Shown here piece after piece: positions 1 through 12,480 of a stretch of DNA of 64,000 nt. The number at the start of each line of letters is the position of its first letter. The stretch's first letter is position 1. The stretch is taken from NCBI RefSeq assembly GCF_003991155.1, contig NZ_CP031293.1; one strand, given 5' to 3'. The notes under the pieces are model-generated. The model was not told the DNA's origin. It saw only the letters and a program-made list of their open reading frames with translations, and searched no databases. The DNA is from Escherichia coli. Its GTDB lineage: Bacteria; Pseudomonadota; Gammaproteobacteria; Enterobacterales; Enterobacteriaceae. A program made the translations under genes and the position numbers.

Positions 1-223
1 TCTGCAGGCTATAAAAATTGTGATGCCTGGCATCGGTGTCCTTTTATTGTCCGGGATTAACGTTGCCCATGATAATACAGTGAATCCTGTTCTGTGGTAA
101 GACGTTGAGTTATTGAATGAGAACCTCAGCCTGGCTGATGGTTCCGCCGGCATAAAAAAGAAATTGATTGAGGCGGGTGCTCTTCCCCTTAAGAGGAAGA
201 GCATGTGTGTAAATGGTGTTCAG

Positions 224-1489
224 TCACCTTTTCAGTGGATTGTTAACTTTTGCATATTCAAACGGACTGATACCCTTATCTCTGTTTGCATCCAGAAAAT
301 CTGCCCACCATTGCAGCATAAGCCGACGTTCTTCCAGATGTTCTGCTTTATGAATATACGCGGCACGTACTCCGTTGCGCTCCTGATGACTCATCTGACG
401 TTCAACCGCATCTCTTGACCATAAACCGGATTCAATCAATGCACTGCACGCCATCGCCCGGAATCCATGGCCACAGACTTCCTTGGTTGTGTCATACCCC
501 ATCACTCTGAGGGCCTTATTTACGGTATTTTCACTGATTGGTTTACGCGGGTCATGTGCTCCCGTAAAGATCAGACCATTTTCACCAGCCCATGTCTGAA
601 GTTCTGTCAGTATGGCTACAGCCTGTTTGCTGAGTGGCACAAGATGTGGTGTTCGCATCTTGGAGCCCCGGTGTGAGAATTTTACCCCTGGCAGAGGTTT
701 GCGTTCGGCTGGAATAGTCCACATGGCATTGTCAATATCAATTTCAGACCAGCGGGCGTATCTGAGTTCACTGGAACGAATAAAAACCAGTAAATTCAGC
801 ATAACGGCAAGCCGGGTGACAGGCTGACCTTTATAACTGTTAATACGCGACAGAAGTTCAGGCAGACGTGAAAGATCAAGAGCGGGGCGATGCTGGCGTT
901 TTACCGTAGTCAATGCGCCAGCCATATCCAGAGCAGGATTATATCTGATGATGCCAGACTGTACGGCATAACGCATTACGGCAGATATTCTTTGCTGCAG
1001 ACGACTGGCGATTTCATAAATTTGTTTAGCTTCTGCAGCACGAACAGGGATAAGCAGATCCGGGGTATTGAGTGTTGTGATATCCCGGTTGCCGATAAAG
1101 GGGAAAACGTGTGTTTCGAGGCTTTTGAGTACTTTATCGCTGTGTGATTGTGCCCATTGTTTATTACTGGCATGCCAGCGTCGTGCAATATGTTCAAAAG
1201 AGAGCTGTAAATCAGGGACTACTTTTTTAGCTCTTTTCTGTTCGCAAGGGTCAATCCCCTCCGAAATCAGTTTTCGGGCCTCATCCCGTTTTGTACGAGC
1301 TTCGGAGAGAGAAACTTCTGGATACACACCAAGTGCCAGAGTCTTCTCCTTACCCAGAATACGATAACGGAGACGCCAGTAACGGGAACCATTAGGATGT
1401 ACCAGCAGGAACATGCCAGCCCCGTCAGTGAGTTTATAAGCCTTGTCAGTGGGCTTTGCAGCCCGGATTTTTGCGTCAGTCAGTGCCAT
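224..1489 (-). CDS. int: P4-type tyrosine integrase at the edge of a pheV-associated genomic island
   Basis: 421-aa ORF; N-terminus 'MALTDAKIRAAKPTDKAYKLTDGAGMFLLVHPNGSRYWRLRY' is typical of P4-family integrases; C-terminal catalytic region with 'HGFRAMA' and 'RAAYIH' (His-x-x-Arg, Tyr); lies directly 3' of tRNA-Phe. Confidence 0.9.
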   Translation of the reverse strand: MALTDAKIRAAKPTDKAYKLTDGAGMFLLVHPNGSRYWRLRYRILGKEKTLALGVYPEVSLSEARTKRDEARKLISEGIDPCEQKRAKKVVPDLQLSFEHIARRWHASNKQWAQSHSDKVLKSLETHVFPFIGNRDITTLNTPDLLIPVRAAEAKQIYEIASRLQQRISAVMRYAVQSGIIRYNPALDMAGALTTVKRQHRPALDLSRLPELLSRINSYKGQPVTRLAVMLNLLVFIRSSELRYARWSEIDIDNAMWTIPAERKPLPGVKFSHRGSKMRTPHLVPLSKQAVAILTELQTWAGENGLIFTGAHDPRKPISENTVNKALRVMGYDTTKEVCGHGFRAMACSALIESGLWSRDAVERQMSHQERNGVRAAYIHKAEHLEERRLMLQWWADFLDANRDKGISPFEYAKVNNPLKR

Positions 1490-1645
1490 AGTTCAGCCTT
1501 CTGAATGCGTTAAAGAGGGTACAAATTCTGTCGAACTGGGGTATACCCGCAATTATACCCACACAATGGGGTTGATGTGGGGGGAATCTGGTTGAGTTCG
1601 GTAGAATTGATTTGTAGGCAGAACGCTTAAATCGTGGTGTTCTGA

Positions 1646-1678
1646 AACGAAAAACGGACCTCCGTGGAGGTCCGTTTA
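1646..1678 (-). terminator. Intrinsic terminator downstream of tRNA-Phe
   Basis: Inverted repeat 'acggacct...aggtccgt' with an A-run on the plus strand (U-run on the minus strand), just 3' of the tRNA. Confidence 0.55.
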
Positions 1679-1686
1679 TATGAATT

Positions 1687-1762
1687 TGGTGCCCGGACTC
1701 GGAATCGAACCAAGGACACGGGGATTTTCAATCCCCTGCTCTACCGACTGAGCTATCCGGGC
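1687..1762 (-). tRNA. pheV: tRNA-Phe
   Basis: Reverse complement reads GCCCGGATAGCTCAGTCGGTAGAGCAGGGGATTGAAAATCCCCGTGTCCTTGGTTCGATTCCGAGTCCGGGCACCA, 76 nt with GAA anticodon and encoded CCA. Confidence 0.95.
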
Positions 1763-1867
1763 AACGGGGCGCATTAAACCTGATTCGCCTCGTCTCGTCA
1801 ATCAAATTTCTTCAATTTACTGCAGACTGCACAATCTATCATCACTTTGCCGCTATTGCACGCATTG

Positions 1868-2575
1868 TCAGGCAAACCAGGCGGTCCAGGCGGCGGAAAG
1901 CGGCATTGCCAGAAGGAGTGCTGGAAGCATGTTGACCACCGGGAACATTTTAATGCCACAGATGCGTAATCCGGTTGCCAGCAGCAATAAACCGCCTACG
2001 GCGCTGAAGTCTGCCATCATCGACGGTGTGGTCAGCGGTAATATCAGCGCGGCAGCCCACGCCAGTGTTAACTGGATGATCAGTAATGGAATGCTAATCA
2101 CCGACACCGCAATACCCAGCGAGCAGGCGAAGATCATCGCCGTAAAGAAATCAAGAAATGACTTGGCGATTAAAATACTCGGATCGCCGGTCATCCCTTC
2201 GTTCATCGCCCCGAAGATTCCGGTGCCGCTGGCGCAAAACAGGACAATAATCGCGACAAAATTCTGAATAAAAGATTCATGCGCTGGCTTCTTACGCGAG
2301 TGGTGAAACAGATTATGCGCTTTGGCGACCACTGTATTGACGCCTTTTTCCAGCAGACAAATTTCGCCGATTAATGCTCCGAGTAAGGTTGCTAAAACCA
2401 TCGCCGGAAGGTTGGCGCATTTCACCACCAGTAAAATACCAATCCCCAGCGATGCCAGACCAAAAATTGATGTCATGGAGACGCGGATACGTTCCGGTAA
2501 GCGTTGGCTAAGGAGTGCGCCGAAAACGCCACCCAGTAAGACTGCACTTGCGTTGATAAAAGGGCCGATGACCAC
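1868..2575 (-). CDS. yqgA: DUF554 inner-membrane protein YqgA
   Basis: 235-aa polytopic membrane ORF between tRNA-Phe and speC, the position of yqgA in K-12. Confidence 0.85.
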   Translation of the reverse strand: MVIGPFINASAVLLGGVFGALLSQRLPERIRVSMTSIFGLASLGIGILLVVKCANLPAMVLATLLGALIGEICLLEKGVNTVVAKAHNLFHHSRKKPAHESFIQNFVAIIVLFCASGTGIFGAMNEGMTGDPSILIAKSFLDFFTAMIFACSLGIAVSVISIPLLIIQLTLAWAAALILPLTTPSMMADFSAVGGLLLLATGLRICGIKMFPVVNMLPALLLAMPLSAAWTAWFA

Positions 2576-2982
2576 AAGAGTTCCTGTTAGCTGTATTGTT
2601 TGATTTTCTTATTATGAACTTTTGGCGCCGTCGATGGCTTGTTTGTTCGCAAAGTCCTGGCTTGCACGCTTTAGCGAAAGGTGCCATGATTGCGCGAATT
2701 TTCTCCTCTCTGTACGGAGTTTGCCCGATGCACGCCACCTCCTTACATTCTCTCGCTTATCGCCGTTTCGCGCGAAACTCTTCTCTTTTTATGCTACTGC
2801 TCATGCGGTGAAGTTAACGCACGCTCACTGCAGGACAACAGTAAAATCAGAGCGTTTCTGCTTTTACTGATGTCTGGTGGTCGGAGCTGGTGACCAGTTT
2901 GCCCCATATCTCATGGGGCAGGGTTTTCCACCTTGTCCGGTATTCTTACTTCCCCTAAACGGGTTTTGCGCTTACGAAATCA

Positions 2983-5109
2983 ATGAATATTGCCGCCAGT
3001 AGTGAACTGGTATCCCGACTTTCTACTCATCGCCGCGTGGTGGCGTTGGGAGATACTGATTTTACGGACGTCGCGGCAGTCGTCATTACCGCTGCGGATA
3101 GTCGCAGTGGCATTCTTGCGTTGCTTAAGCGCACCGGTTTTCATCTACCGGTGTTTTTGTATTCCGAACATACTGTTGAATTACCTGCGGGCGTTACGGC
3201 GGTAATCAACGGCAACGAGCAGCAGTGGCTGGAGCTGGAATCCGCAGCCTGTCAGTATGAAGAGAATTTGCTGCCACCGTTTTATGACACGCTGACGCAG
3301 TACGTTGAGATGGGTAATAGCACCTTTGCTTGCCCTGGACATCAACATGGTGCGTTCTTTAAAAAGCATCCTGCCGGACGCCATTTTTACGATTTCTTTG
3401 GCGAGAACATCTTTCGCGCCGATATGTGTAACGCTGACGTAAAATTGGGCGATCTGCTTATTCATGAAGGATCGGCGAAAGATGCGCAGAAATTTGCAGC
3501 CAAAGTCTTTCATGCCGATAAAACCTATTTTGTGCTGAACGGCACATCGGCAGCGAATAAAGTGGTGACGAATGCGCTGTTAACGCGTGGCGATCTGGTG
3601 CTCTTCGACCGTAACAACCATAAGTCGAATCATCACGGCGCGTTGATTCAGGCGGGGGCGACGCCGGTCTATCTGGAAGCTTCACGTAACCCGTTTGGTT
3701 TCATTGGCGGTATTGATGCGCACTGTTTTAATGAAGAGTATCTGCGCCAGCAAATTCGCGACGTTGCGCCAGAAAAAGCCGACCTGCCGCGCCCGTTTCG
3801 CCTGGCGATTATTCAGCTGGGAACCTATGACGGCACTGTCTATAACGCCCGTCAGGTGATCGATACCGTTGGGCATCTGTGTGATTACATTCTGTTTGAT
3901 TCCGCGTGGGTCGGTTACGAACAGTTTATCCCGATGATGGCGGATAGCTCGCCGCTGCTGTTAGAACTTAACGAAAACGATCCGGGGATCTTTGTGACCC
4001 AGTCGGTGCACAAACAGCAGGCGGGATTCTCACAGACGTCGCAGATCCATAAAAAAGATAACCATATCCGTGGACAGGCGCGTTTTTGCCCGCATAAGCG
4101 TTTGAATAATGCCTTTATGCTCCATGCTTCTACCAGCCCGTTCTATCCGCTGTTCGCCGCCCTGGACGTTAACGCCAAAATTCATGAAGGGGAGAGTGGG
4201 CGTCGGCTGTGGGCTGAGTGCGTTGAGTTGGGTATTGAGTCGCGCAAGGCTATTCTTGCGCGCTGTAAGCTGTTCCGCCCGTTTATCCCGCCTGTTGTTG
4301 ATGGCAAATTGTGGCAGGATTATCCGACGTCAGTGTTAGCCAGCGACCGCCGTTTTTTCAGTTTTGAGCCGGGGGCGAAGTGGCACGGCTTTGAAGGATA
4401 TGCCGCGGATCAGTATTTTGTTGATCCGTGCAAGCTGTTACTCACCACGCCGGGTATCGATGCCGAAACCGGCGAATATAGCGATTTTGGCGTTCCAGCG
4501 ACGATTCTGGCGCACTATCTGCGTGAGAACGGCATTGTGCCGGAGAAGTGCGATCTCAACTCCATTCTGTTCTTATTAACTCCGGCGGAAAGCCACGAGA
4601 AGCTGGCACAACTGGTGGCGATGCTGGTGCAGTTTGAACAGCATATTGAGGATGATTCGCCGCTGGCTGAGGTGTTGCCGAGCGTTTATAACAAATATCC
4701 GGTGCGCTATCGCGACTACACCCTGCGCCAGTTGTGTCAGGAGATGCACGATTTGTATGTCAGTTTCGACGTCAAAGACCTACAAAAAGCGATGTTCCGC
4801 CAGCAGAGTTTCCCGTCAGTGGTGATGAATCCCCAGGATGCGCATAGCGCTTATATTCGCGGTGAAGTGGAGTTGGTGCGGATTCGTGATGCCGAAGGGC
4901 GAATTGCGGCAGAAGGGGCGTTGCCTTATCCACCTGGCGTGCTTTGCGTGGTACCCGGGGAAGTCTGGGGTGGGGCGGTTCAACGTTATTTCCTTGCGCT
5001 GGAAGAAGGCGTGAATTTGTTGCCGGGATTTTCGCCGGAGTTGCAAGGTGTCTATAGCGAAACCGATGCGAATGGCATGAAACGGTTGTACGGTTATGTG
5101 TTGAAGTAA
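2983..5109 (+). CDS. speC: Ornithine decarboxylase, constitutive
   Basis: 708-aa ORF; full-length match to the Orn/Lys/Arg decarboxylase (fold I PLP) family, ending '...GMKRLYGYVLK'. Confidence 0.93.
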   Translation: MNIAASSELVSRLSTHRRVVALGDTDFTDVAAVVITAADSRSGILALLKRTGFHLPVFLYSEHTVELPAGVTAVINGNEQQWLELESAACQYEENLLPPFYDTLTQYVEMGNSTFACPGHQHGAFFKKHPAGRHFYDFFGENIFRADMCNADVKLGDLLIHEGSAKDAQKFAAKVFHADKTYFVLNGTSAANKVVTNALLTRGDLVLFDRNNHKSNHHGALIQAGATPVYLEASRNPFGFIGGIDAHCFNEEYLRQQIRDVAPEKADLPRPFRLAIIQLGTYDGTVYNARQVIDTVGHLCDYILFDSAWVGYEQFIPMMADSSPLLLELNENDPGIFVTQSVHKQQAGFSQTSQIHKKDNHIRGQARFCPHKRLNNAFMLHASTSPFYPLFAALDVNAKIHEGESGRRLWAECVELGIESRKAILARCKLFRPFIPPVVDGKLWQDYPTSVLASDRRFFSFEPGAKWHGFEGYAADQYFVDPCKLLLTTPGIDAETGEYSDFGVPATILAHYLRENGIVPEKCDLNSILFLLTPAESHEKLAQLVAMLVQFEQHIEDDSPLAEVLPSVYNKYPVRYRDYTLRQLCQEMHDLYVSFDVKDLQKAMFRQQSFPSVVMNPQDAHSAYIRGEVELVRIRDAEGRIAAEGALPYPPGVLCVVPGEVWGGAVQRYFLALEEGVNLLPGFSPELQGVYSETDANGMKRLYGYVLK

Positions 5110-5112
5110 GAA

Positions 5113-5149
5113 TAAAAAAACGGGTCACCTTCTGGCGACCCGTTTTTCT
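5113..5149. terminator. Bidirectional intrinsic terminator between convergent speC and nupG
   Basis: 'aaaaaaacgggtcacc ttctg gcgacccgtttttc': GC stem flanked by an A-run and a T-run. Confidence 0.65.
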
Positions 5150-5157
5150 TTGCGTAA

Positions 5158-6414
5158 TTAGTGGCTAACCGTCTGTGTACCTGTCGGGACACGAACGTGT
5201 TTATATTTGAACATCGCCATGAACGCGAAGGCCAGAACCACGGAGTAACCTGCGAAAATCAGCCATACGGTCTGCCAGTCGGTAATGCCGTTTTGGGTGT
5301 ACATCTCAACCACTTTACCGCTCACGATGCCGCCGAGGATACAGCCGAAGCCGTTGGTCATCATCAGGAACATCCCCTGCGCGCTGGCGCGAATTGCCGG
5401 GCTAACTTCTTTTTCGACAAACACCGAACCAGAGATGTTGAAGAAGTCGAATGCGCAACCGTAAACGATCATCGACAGTACCAGCAGTACAGTACCGAAC
5501 GGAGTCGGGTCGCCGTAAGCAAACAGAGCAAAACGCAGGATCCACGCCACAATACTGATCATCATTACGTTCTTAATACCGTAGCGGCTTAAGAAGAACG
5601 GGATGGTCAGAATGAACAGGGTTTCAGAGATCTGCGAAATCGACATGATGATTGACGCATGCTGCACGATGAAGCTGCTGGCAAACATCGGATCTTTGTC
5701 GAAGCTGTGCAGGAAGGTATTACCGAACATGTTGGTAATCTGCAGTTCCGCGCCCAGCAGCATTGAGAAGATGAAGAAGATTGCCATACGCTTGTTTTTA
5801 AACAGAGCGAATGCATCGAGGCCCAGCAGGGTTGTCCAGCTCTGATTCGCTTGCTGTTTAGCAACCGGAATATGCGGCAGAGTCAGGGTAAACAGAACCA
5901 GAATGGCGGAAAGCGCTGCGCCAATATACAGCTGCATGTGGCTTAATTCGAAGCCGGACAGGCTCACCACCCACATTGCCATGATAAAGCCGATGGTGCC
6001 CCAGATACGGATTGGCGGGAAGTCAGTAACGATATCCATCCCGGCATTTTGCAGGCGATAGTAAGAGATGGTGTTGATTAACCCAAGCGTTGGCATATAA
6101 GCAAACGAGTTAATCAATATCACAAGGAACATCGCCTCCGGCGTAGTGACCTCTGCCGCCATGAACAGCGTGATAGCGCCAATGGTGTGGCAAATGGCAT
6201 AGACCCATTTCGCACTTAACCATTTGTCGGCCACAATCCCCAGCAGCGCAGGCATAAAGACCGCGGCGATACCCAGTGAACTATAAACTGCGCCAATAGA
6301 AGCACCGTCAAACTTCAGGGTAACAAACATATAGGAGCCGAGGGTCGTCAGCCAACTTCCCCACAGACAGAACTGCAGAAAAGAGAGGATTTTCAGCTGC
6401 AGCTTAAGATTCAT
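5158..6414 (-). CDS. nupG: Nucleoside:H+ symporter NupG
   Basis: Translation from the internal ATG begins 'MNLKLQLKILSFLQFCLWGSWLTTLGSYMF' (418 aa); MFS transporter. Confidence 0.93.
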   Translation of the reverse strand: MNLKLQLKILSFLQFCLWGSWLTTLGSYMFVTLKFDGASIGAVYSSLGIAAVFMPALLGIVADKWLSAKWVYAICHTIGAITLFMAAEVTTPEAMFLVILINSFAYMPTLGLINTISYYRLQNAGMDIVTDFPPIRIWGTIGFIMAMWVVSLSGFELSHMQLYIGAALSAILVLFTLTLPHIPVAKQQANQSWTTLLGLDAFALFKNKRMAIFFIFSMLLGAELQITNMFGNTFLHSFDKDPMFASSFIVQHASIIMSISQISETLFILTIPFFLSRYGIKNVMMISIVAWILRFALFAYGDPTPFGTVLLVLSMIVYGCAFDFFNISGSVFVEKEVSPAIRASAQGMFLMMTNGFGCILGGIVSGKVVEMYTQNGITDWQTVWLIFAGYSVVLAFAFMAMFKYKHVRVPTGTQTVSH

Positions 6415-6615
6415 GTTAATTTCCTCACATCGTGATGCGGATGAGTGTTTGAAAAAGCACATTTGACCGTGCGAGATGATGGGATTCTATCAACTTCGCG
6501 GACTGGTTTTTTGTTACCTGTGGCAAATAATTGCAAACATTCCCAATTTGCAAAACGAAATTGTGATGTGGATAACATTTTTGCCCCTGAGCATCGTCAG
6601 GGGCGGTTAGTGGAA

Positions 6616-7722
<1,107 letters not shown>

Positions 7723-7759
7723 TTATGCAAGTTGCCGGAGGCGTGCTCCGGCACTGTTT

Positions 7760-8038
<279 letters not shown>

Positions 8039-8062
8039 TCATCCTCTTTATCGACTCACGCG

Positions 8063-9115
8063 CTAAACCGGCGCGCCAGTGCGTAACTGCTGTAACAAAC
8101 GCTCCACGGGAGCCGCCAGGCCAACTGACGGCGGTTGCGCTAAGTTATACCAGAGCGCATTGTCTTCATCCATGCAGCCGGTGAATGACGACACGGGAAG
8201 CCACATAGGCACAATATCTAAGTGGAAATGGCTGAAGGTATGCCGAAACGCGGTCAGCTGCGTCAGGTTATCGGCAGCAATCTGTCGTTGCGCCAGCCAC
8301 TGCCGCAAACTTTCTTCATCGGCAAACTGCGGGAAACAGTATAAACCGCCCCACAATCCACTCGGCGGACGCTGCGCCAGCAATACTTCATCTTCGTGCT
8401 GTAACAGCAAAAAGTAGCCGGTGCGCTCTGGCAGCGTCTGTTTCGGTTTTTTGCCCGGATAAAGCGACCAGCTATTGTTGGCGGCGGCAATACATCCGTT
8501 TTGTAGCGGACAGAGCGAACATTTCGGCTTAGAGCGCGTACAAATCATCGCGCCCAAATCCATCATCGCCTGATTAAACCGTTCCACGCCAACCGCGGGC
8601 GTCACCTGCTCGCTCAAACTCCATAGTTTATTCTCGACCTCTTTTTTCCCAGGCCAGCCGCTTACAGCATAGCAGCGCGCCAGCACGCGTTTGACGTTAC
8701 CGTCGAGAATCGGAAAGTGCTTACCCAGAGAAAGCGAGAGAATCGCGCCTGCGGTGGAACGCCCGACGCCCGGCAGTGCTGCAACTTCCTCAAAGGTTTC
8801 CGGGAATTTACCGCCGTGTAGGGCCGCCACTTGTTGTGCCGCTTTATGTAGGTTGCGCGCGCGGGCGTAATAGCCAAGCCCGGTCCACAAGTGGAGAACT
8901 TCGTCGAGCGGCGCATTGGCGAGATCGGTCACCGTTGGGAAGCGCGCCATAAAGCGTTCAAAATAGGGGATAACGGTCGCAACCTGAGTTTGTTGCAACA
9001 TCACTTCTGAGAGCCATACTTTGTAGGGCGTCTTGTCAATTTGCCAGGGCAGCGTTTTCCGCCCGTATTTATCGTACCAGTCCAGAACCTGGGCTGAAAA
9101 TTGCGACGCTTGCAT
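8063..9115 (-). CDS. mutY: Adenine DNA glycosylase MutY
   Basis: 350 aa from the internal ATG '[25 protein letters not shown]'; HhH-GPD fold and Cys cluster. Confidence 0.93.
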   Translation of the reverse strand: MQASQFSAQVLDWYDKYGRKTLPWQIDKTPYKVWLSEVMLQQTQVATVIPYFERFMARFPTVTDLANAPLDEVLHLWTGLGYYARARNLHKAAQQVAALHGGKFPETFEEVAALPGVGRSTAGAILSLSLGKHFPILDGNVKRVLARCYAVSGWPGKKEVENKLWSLSEQVTPAVGVERFNQAMMDLGAMICTRSKPKCSLCPLQNGCIAAANNSWSLYPGKKPKQTLPERTGYFLLLQHEDEVLLAQRPPSGLWGGLYCFPQFADEESLRQWLAQRQIAADNLTQLTAFRHTFSHFHLDIVPMWLPVSSFTGCMDEDNALWYNLAQPPSVGLAAPVERLLQQLRTGAPV

Positions 9116-9275
9116 GGTCACCGAATTCACTGTTGTTGGGGGCAAGATTGCAGCACAGCGACGGCAGGGTGTAAACCGGAACTTTCCGCAGCCACGGCCT
9201 TATCATGCTTGCATCCGGCAACTAACTTTGGATAATGCCCGTTTTCAGAACACTTTCACAAGCGACTAAATCTTT

Positions 9276-9995
9276 ATGAAAAACGACGTCATCTCACCGG
9301 AATTTGATGAAAACGGCCGCCCGCTGCGCCGTATCCGTAGTTTTGTGCGCCGCCAGGGGCGACTGACCAAAGGCCAGGAACATGCGCTGGAAAACTACTG
9401 GCCGGTGATGGGCGTTGAGTTCAGCGAAGATATGCTGGATTTCCCTGCGCTTTTTGGCCGTGAAGCGCCGGTGACGCTTGAGATTGGTTTTGGCATGGGC
9501 GCGTCGCTGGTGGCAATGGCTAAAGATCGCCCCGAGCAGGACTTCCTCGGCATTGAAGTGCATTCACCGGGTGTTGGTGCGTGCCTGTCTTCTGCGCATG
9601 AAGAGGGCTTAAGCAACCTGCGCGTGATGTGTCACGATGCGGTTGAAGTGCTGCATAAAATGATTCCTGACAATTCATTGCGCATGGTGCAGCTCTTTTT
9701 CCCTGACCCGTGGCACAAAGCGCGCCATAATAAACGCCGTATCGTTCAGGTGCCGTTTGCCGAGCTGGTAAAAAGCAAACTGCAGCTGGGGGGCATATTC
9801 CATATGGCGACCGACTGGGAACCTTATGCGGAACATATGCTTGAAGTGATGTCTTCTATTGACGGTTATAAAAACCTGTCAGAGAGCAATGATTACGTAC
9901 CGCGTCCGGCATCACGTCCGGTGACGAAATTTGAACAACGTGGTCATCGTCTTGGTCACGGAGTATGGGACTTAATGTTCGAGAGGGTGAAATAA
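9276..9995 (+). CDS. trmB: tRNA (guanine46-N7)-methyltransferase
   Basis: 239-aa ORF '[31 protein letters not shown]...'; SAM methyltransferase motif 'LEIGFGMG'. Confidence 0.92.
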   Translation: MKNDVISPEFDENGRPLRRIRSFVRRQGRLTKGQEHALENYWPVMGVEFSEDMLDFPALFGREAPVTLEIGFGMGASLVAMAKDRPEQDFLGIEVHSPGVGACLSSAHEEGLSNLRVMCHDAVEVLHKMIPDNSLRMVQLFFPDPWHKARHNKRRIVQVPFAELVKSKLQLGGIFHMATDWEPYAEHMLEVMSSIDGYKNLSESNDYVPRPASRPVTKFEQRGHRLGHGVWDLMFERVK

Positions 9996-10321
9996 TGGCA
10001 AAGAACCGTAGCCGTCGTCTGCGTAAAAAAATGCACATCGACGAATTCCAGGAATTAGGATTTTCGGTGGCATGGCGATTCCCGGAAGGTACATCGGAAG
10101 AACAGATTGATAAAACCGTTGATGACTTTATTAACGAGGTTATCGAACCGAACAAACTGGCCTTTGACGGCAGCGGATATCTGGCCTGGGAAGGTTTGAT
10201 CTGCATGCAGGAAATCGGCAAATGCACCGAAGAGCATCAGGCGGTTGTGCGTAAGTGGCTGGAAGAACGCAAACTGGAAGAGGTACGCACCAGCGAACTT
10301 TTCGACGTTTGGTGGGACTAA
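9995..10321 (+). CDS. yggL: DUF469 protein YggL
   Basis: Starts '[18 protein letters not shown]...'; overlaps the trmB stop by 1 nt. Confidence 0.85.
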   Translation: MAKNRSRRLRKKMHIDEFQELGFSVAWRFPEGTSEEQIDKTVDDFINEVIEPNKLAFDGSGYLAWEGLICMQEIGKCTEEHQAVVRKWLEERKLEEVRTSELFDVWWD

Positions 10322-10353
10322 GAAAGCATACGGGCGATGACAAATGCAAAACT

Positions 10354-10436
10354 GCCTGATGTGCTACGCTTATCAGGCCTATAAAGATGCACGATCGAGT
10401 AGGCTGGATAAGGCGTTTACGCCGCATCCGGCATGG
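10354..10436. repeat. REP/BIME cluster (repetitive extragenic palindromes)
   Basis: 'gcctgatgtgctacgcttatcaggcctat' and 'gtaggctggataaggcgtttacgccgcatccggc' are canonical REP palindromes. Confidence 0.8.
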
Positions 10437-10504
10437 AAAACGCGCACTTTGTTATCAATCTGGGGCCAGCAAATGCTGGCCTGATTTGTTCTTGAGGGAA
10501 GACT

Positions 10505-11224
10505 ATGATGCGCAAAATGCTGCTGGCGGCAGCACTTTCAGTGACGGCAATGACCGCTCACGCCGACTACCAGTGCAGCGTCACGCCGCGTGACGATGTG
10601 ATTGTCAGCCCGCAAACCGTGCAGGTGGAGGGCGAAAACGGCAATCTGGTGATCACGCCAGACGGCAACGTGATGTATAACGGTAAGCAATATTCCCTGA
10701 ATGCCGCCCAGCGCGAGCAGGCGAAGGATTATCAGGCTGAACTACGTAGCACCCTGCCGTGGATTGATGAAGGCGCGAAAAGCCGCGTCGAGAAAGCCCG
10801 TATTGCGCTGGATAAAATTATCGTTCAGGAGATGGGCGAAAGCAGCAAAATGCGCAGCCGTCTGACCAAACTTGATGCGCAGCTGAAAGAGCAGATGAAC
10901 CGCATTATCGAAACGCGCAGCGATGGCCTGACGTTTCACTATAAAGCCATTGATCAGGTTCGTGCCGAAGGCCAGCAATTAGTGAATCAGGCAATGGGCG
11001 GAATTTTACAGGACAGCATTAATGAAATGGGCGCGAAAGCGGTGCTGAAAAGCGGCGGTAACCCATTACAGAACGTGCTGGGAAGCCTGGGCGGTCTGCA
11101 ATCCTCAATCCAAACCGAGTGGAAAAAGCAGGAAAAAGATTTCCAGCAGTTTGGCAAAGATGTTTGTAGCCGCGTTGTGACTCTGGAAGATAGCCGCAAA
11201 GCCCTGGTCGGGAATTTAAAATAA
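10505..11224 (+). CDS. yggN: DUF2884 periplasmic protein YggN
   Basis: 239-aa ORF with signal peptide 'MMRKMLLAAALSVTAMTAHA'. Confidence 0.85.
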   Translation: MMRKMLLAAALSVTAMTAHADYQCSVTPRDDVIVSPQTVQVEGENGNLVITPDGNVMYNGKQYSLNAAQREQAKDYQAELRSTLPWIDEGAKSRVEKARIALDKIIVQEMGESSKMRSRLTKLDAQLKEQMNRIIETRSDGLTFHYKAIDQVRAEGQQLVNQAMGGILQDSINEMGAKAVLKSGGNPLQNVLGSLGGLQSSIQTEWKKQEKDFQQFGKDVCSRVVTLEDSRKALVGNLK

Positions 11225-11237
11225 TCCTCTATTTTAA

Positions 11238-11270
11238 GACGGCATAATACTTTTTTATGCCGTTTAATTC
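11238..11270 (+). terminator. Intrinsic terminator after yggN
   Basis: 'gacggcataatacttttttatgccgtttaattc' hairpin followed by a T-rich tract. Confidence 0.5.
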
Positions 11271-11399
11271 TTCGTTTTGTTACCTGCCTCTAACTTTGTA
11301 GATCTCCAAAATATATTCACGTTGTAAATTGTTTAACGTCAAATTTCCCATGCAAAGCTAAGGGATAATGCGTAGCGTTCACGTAACTGGAGGAATGAA

Positions 11400-12446
11400 A
11401 TGGAGTTTTTCAAAAAGACGGCACTTGCCGCACTGGTTATGGGTTTTAGTGGTGCAGCATTGGCATTACCCAATATCACCATTTTAGCAACCGGCGGGAC
11501 CATTGCCGGTGGTGGTGACTCCGCAACCAAATCTAACTACACAGCGGGTAAAGTTGGCGTAGAAAATCTGGTTAATGCGGTGCCGCAACTGAAGGACATT
11601 GCGAACGTTAAAGGCGAGCAGGTAGTGAATATTGGCTCCCAGGACATGAACGATGATGTCTGGCTGACACTGGCGAAAAAAATTAACACCGACTGCGATA
11701 AAACTGACGGCTTCGTCATTACCCACGGTACCGACACGATGGAAGAAACCGCTTACTTCCTCGACCTGACGGTGAAATGCGACAAACCGGTGGTGATGGT
11801 CGGTGCAATGCGCCCGTCCACGTCTATGAGCGCAGACGGTCCATTCAACCTGTATAACGCGGTAGTGACCGCAGCTGATAAAGCCTCCGCTAATCGTGGC
11901 GTACTGGTAGTGATGAACGACACCGTGCTTGATGGCCGTGATGTCACCAAAACCAACACCACCGATGTAGCGACCTTCAAGTCTGTTAACTACGGTCCTC
12001 TGGGTTACATTCACAACGGTAAGATTGACTACCAACGTACCCCGGCACGTAAGCACACCAGCGACACGCCGTTCGATGTCTCTAAGCTGAATGAACTGCC
12101 GAAAGTCGGCATTGTTTATAACTACGCTAACGCATCCGATCTTCCGGCTAAAGCACTGGTAGATGCGGGCTATGATGGCATCGTTAGCGCTGGCGTGGGT
12201 AACGGCAACCTGTATAAAACCGTATTTGACACCCTTGCAACCGCTGCGAAAAACGGCACTGCAGTAGTGCGTTCTTCCCGCGTACCGACGGGCGCTACCA
12301 CTCAGGATGCCGAAGTGGATGATGCGAAATACGGCTTCGTCGCCTCTGGCACGTTGAACCCGCAAAAAGCGCGCGTTCTGCTGCAACTGGCTCTGACGCA
12401 AACTAAAGATCCGCAGCAGATCCAGCAGATCTTCAATCAGTACTAA
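11400..12446 (+). CDS. ansB: L-asparaginase II (periplasmic)
   Basis: 348 aa; signal peptide followed by 'LPNITILATGGTIAGGGDSATKSNYT' (asparaginase active-site Thr motif). Confidence 0.95.
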   Translation: MEFFKKTALAALVMGFSGAALALPNITILATGGTIAGGGDSATKSNYTAGKVGVENLVNAVPQLKDIANVKGEQVVNIGSQDMNDDVWLTLAKKINTDCDKTDGFVITHGTDTMEETAYFLDLTVKCDKPVVMVGAMRPSTSMSADGPFNLYNAVVTAADKASANRGVLVVMNDTVLDGRDVTKTNTTDVATFKSVNYGPLGYIHNGKIDYQRTPARKHTSDTPFDVSKLNELPKVGIVYNYANASDLPAKALVDAGYDGIVSAGVGNGNLYKTVFDTLATAAKNGTAVVRSSRVPTGATTQDAEVDDAKYGFVASGTLNPQKARVLLQLALTQTKDPQQIQQIFNQY

Positions 12447-12451
12447 TCACT

Positions 12452-12480
12452 TCGCCCCGGTATCGTGCCGGGGCTTATTC
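12452..12480 (+). terminator. Intrinsic terminator after ansB
   Basis: 'ttcgccccggtatcgtgccggggcttattc' hairpin. Confidence 0.5.

Noticed and set aside
113-418. 101-aa plus-strand ORF overlapping the 3' end of the integrase gene
   Set aside because: It lies antisense to a well-supported integrase CDS, has no recognisable domain and no obvious RBS; most likely a chance ORF.
2971-2985. speC start: the codon three positions upstream of the ATG reads ACG where I recall K-12 having an earlier ATG (MKSM...)
   Set aside because: Only the annotated start changes (708 versus 711 aa) and the reading frame is intact. I cannot verify the K-12 sequence from memory, so this is not treated as a finding.
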